Positions 61,774 through 64,000 of a DNA stretch of 64,000 bases are shown here, one piece after another (position 1 is the stretch's first letter; each line of letters begins with the position of its first letter). The translations under genes and the position numbers were made by a program. The DNA comes from Clostridia bacterium. Its GTDB lineage: Bacteria; Bacillota; Clostridia; UMGS1883. The stretch spans positions 15,765 to 79,764 of the forward strand of contig JBJDXJ010000001.1 of the NCBI GenBank assembly GCA_051866635.1. Direction: 5' to 3'. Below the pieces are notes generated by a model that worked only from the letters and a program-made list of their open reading frames with translations, was not told where the DNA came from and ran no database searches.

Positions 61774-62212
61774 AAATGTCCTCAACCTCCATTGCATAAA
61801 GTATATCGGAAGGCTTATACCCCCTTCTTGAAAAATATCCGAAAATTTTGTTTTTTACCTTCATATCCGAAAAGTCGGCACATGGAAATCTCCGTTCCAT
61901 TTCCGCCTTTAAAATGTCCTTTTCATTTTCGATGGAGCTTAGCGCATCTTCAATAATTTCATCACTTATGCCCCTGCGTTTAAGCTCCATACGTATGCGG
62001 AAAGCACCGTACTTTTTAATTTCAACACAATCATGTACAAAATGGTTCGCAAAACGTATATCGTCAATATAGCCGTACTCACGGCAAAATTCTACAGCTT
62101 CCTCACATTCTTCCTGACTGTATCCCTTTTTCAATATTTTTTCACGTATTTCCTTTTCGCTTCTGTCGCAAAAGCTAAGTAACTTTGCCGCATAATCCTT
62201 ACTGCTCATCAT
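61766..62212 (-). CDS. recX: Regulatory protein RecX
   Basis: RSEKEIREK...GYIDD.RFA...G..RI..EL..RG...RRGY. Confidence 0.9.
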   Translation of the reverse strand: MMSSKDYAAKLLSFCDRSEKEIREKILKKGYSQEECEEAVEFCREYGYIDDIRFANHFVHDCVEIKKYGAFRIRMELKRRGISDEIIEDALSSIENEKDILKAEMERRFPCADFSDMKVKNKIFGYFSRRGYKPSDILYAMEVEDIYE

Positions 62213-63270
62213 ACGAACTCCATAAAAACAAGATTTCCCAAGTCAAATCCCTTTTCGGTCAGCATTACAGTGTCATTTTCCTTACATAAAAGCCCTTGGA
62301 AAATAAGTTTTTCAATTTCTTCTTTAAATTCGCCATTATATACAACGCCTTTACTCATCCTCAGTCCAAGCATGAATTTTTCTTTAAGCCGTTCTTCTTC
62401 GTTTATAAATTCGCGGTATACCTCTTTCTTTTCGGCATTTATATAATCCGCTATATTGTCGGTATTTCCAAAGCGGTAATTTTCATTATATGAATATGCC
62501 GCCGCACCAATGCCGATATAATCATCACATTGCCAGTACTTTATGTTATGCCGTGACTCAAAACCTTCTTTGGCAAAATTTGACACTTCGTACCTTTCAA
62601 GACCCATACTTTTAAGAAAATTTACAGTGTAATGATATATTTCCCTTTCAGTATCTTCATCGGGAACATCAAGCTCCATATTGTAAAAGGGCGTGCCTTC
62701 CTCTATTATAAGAGAGTATGCGGACACATGGTCAGGATTAAGCCTTTTTACCGTATTTAAAGTGTTTTTCACACTTTCCAAAGTCTGCTTCGGTGTTGAC
62801 AGCATAATATCTATGTTGATATTGTCAAAGCCTTCCTCTCTTGCCATGTTAAAGGCAACTTCCGCTTCTTTGGCTGTATGGATTCTTCCCAAAGCCTTAA
62901 GCTCGTTATCGTTAAAGGACTGCACACCGATGCTTAAGCGGTTGACCCCTGTCTTTTTCATTTTGGTCAAAAGCTCTTTCGTAACCGTTCCGGGATTTGC
63001 CTCCACCGAAAACTCACAATTTTCACTAAGTGTTAAATTCTCACGGACGGCATTTATTATGTTAATAAGAGAGTCACCTAAAACAGTAGGCGTACCGCCA
63101 CCTATAAAAACAGTGTCTGCACAAACGCCTTTATACTTTTTTATTTCATCTATCAAAACATCCACATATTTCTCACGGAATTCAACAGAAGATGTTGAAC
63201 AAAAGTCACAGTAAAGACATTTTCTCACGCAGAAAGGTATGTGAATATATATTCCCTTATTCTTCATCAA
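62209..63270 (-). CDS. hemW: Radical SAM heme chaperone HemW (HemN-like)
   Basis: [28 protein letters not shown]; follows lepA. Confidence 0.93.
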   Translation of the reverse strand: MMKNKGIYIHIPFCVRKCLYCDFCSTSSVEFREKYVDVLIDEIKKYKGVCADTVFIGGGTPTVLGDSLINIINAVRENLTLSENCEFSVEANPGTVTKELLTKMKKTGVNRLSIGVQSFNDNELKALGRIHTAKEAEVAFNMAREEGFDNINIDIMLSTPKQTLESVKNTLNTVKRLNPDHVSAYSLIIEEGTPFYNMELDVPDEDTEREIYHYTVNFLKSMGLERYEVSNFAKEGFESRHNIKYWQCDDYIGIGAAAYSYNENYRFGNTDNIADYINAEKKEVYREFINEEERLKEKFMLGLRMSKGVVYNGEFKEEIEKLIFQGLLCKENDTVMLTEKGFDLGNLVFMEFV

Positions 63271-64000
63271 GCTTCAACACTGCCATGAATGCTTCCTGCG
63301 GAACTTCTACGCTACCAACTTTACGCATTCTCTTTTTACCTTCCTTCTGCTTTTCCAGAAGTTTTTTCTTACGGGTAATATCACCGCCGTAACACTTGGC
63401 AAGCACGTCCTTACGCATTGCCTTAACAGTTTCACGGGCAATAATCTTTCCGCCGATTGCCGCCTGAATGGGAACCTCGAAAAGCTGACGGGGAATTGCT
63501 TCCTTAAGCTTTTCCGCAATTTTTCTGCCCCTTGTATAGGCACTTGATTCATGCACAATAAAGCTGAGGGCATCAACCATTTCCCCGTTAAGCAAAATAT
63601 CAAGCTTAACGAGACTGCTCTTTACATAGCCTTTTAATTCATAGTCAAATGAAGCGTAACCACGGCTACGGCTCTTTAATGCATCGAAAAAGTCGTAAAT
63701 AATTTCATTTAAAGGCAGTTCGTAATGAATATCGGCTCTGCCCTCACCTGAATATTCCATACCCATATAGTTACCGCGTCTTTCCTGACAAAGTGTCATA
63801 ATTGCGCCTACATATTCCGTAGGCACGAAAATATGAGCATCAACAATAGGTTCTTCAATATGGTCCGTTTCAGTAACGGGCGGAAGGTTTGTGGGGTTTG
63901 AAATATCAAGAACCGTTCCCTGAGTTGTATACACCTTATAAACAACGCTTGGTGCAGTTGTAACAAGGTCAAGGTTATATTCCCTTTCAAGTCTTTCCTG
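63257..64000 (-). CDS. lepA: Elongation factor 4, 3' part
   Basis: [30 protein letters not shown]. Confidence 0.97.
   Translation of the reverse strand, partial: QERLEREYNLDLVTTAPSVVYKVYTTQGTVLDISNPTNLPPVTETDHIEEPIVDAHIFVPTEYVGAIMTLCQERRGNYMGMEYSGEGRADIHYELPLNEIIYDFFDALKSRSRGYASFDYELKGYVKSSLVKLDILLNGEMVDALSFIVHESSAYTRGRKIAEKLKEAIPRQLFEVPIQAAIGGKIIARETVKAMRKDVLAKCYGGDITRKKKLLEKQKEGKKRMRKVGSVEVPQEAFMAVLKLDEE

Overview
AT-rich chromosomal segment from a spore-forming clostridial Firmicute (Bacillota), with almost all genes on the minus strand. Core blocks: glmM/U32/zapA/CPBP/ldh/spoVAE; a COG0523 GTPase pair; rplU-prp-rpmA followed by obgE-yhbY-nadD-yqeK-rsfS-leuS-thrC; uvrBA-yabP-yabQ-divIC-S1; and lepA-hemW-recX-rimO-pgsA-tarI-like-epimerase-msrC. 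It also encodes large secreted glycan-active proteins (a beta-helix enzyme, a multi-CBM GH16 and a partner surface protein). A ~20-kb co-oriented accessory array (GNATs, AraC/TetR/HxlR regulators, methyltransferases, hydrolases, several odd gene fusions) lies downstream of a tRNA-Leu with a rare AAG anticodon. Most notable: two diverged, inverted copies of an unannotated ~220-bp multi-hairpin element (2878-3110 and 39428-39645) with a compensatory base-pair change and GNA triloops; a degenerate quasi-palindrome before several RBSs in the accessory array; an amber codon at codon 4 of zapA; and three small ORFs missing from the ORF track. No integrase, transposase or CRISPR array was seen. All calls come from manual reading and no database searches were run.
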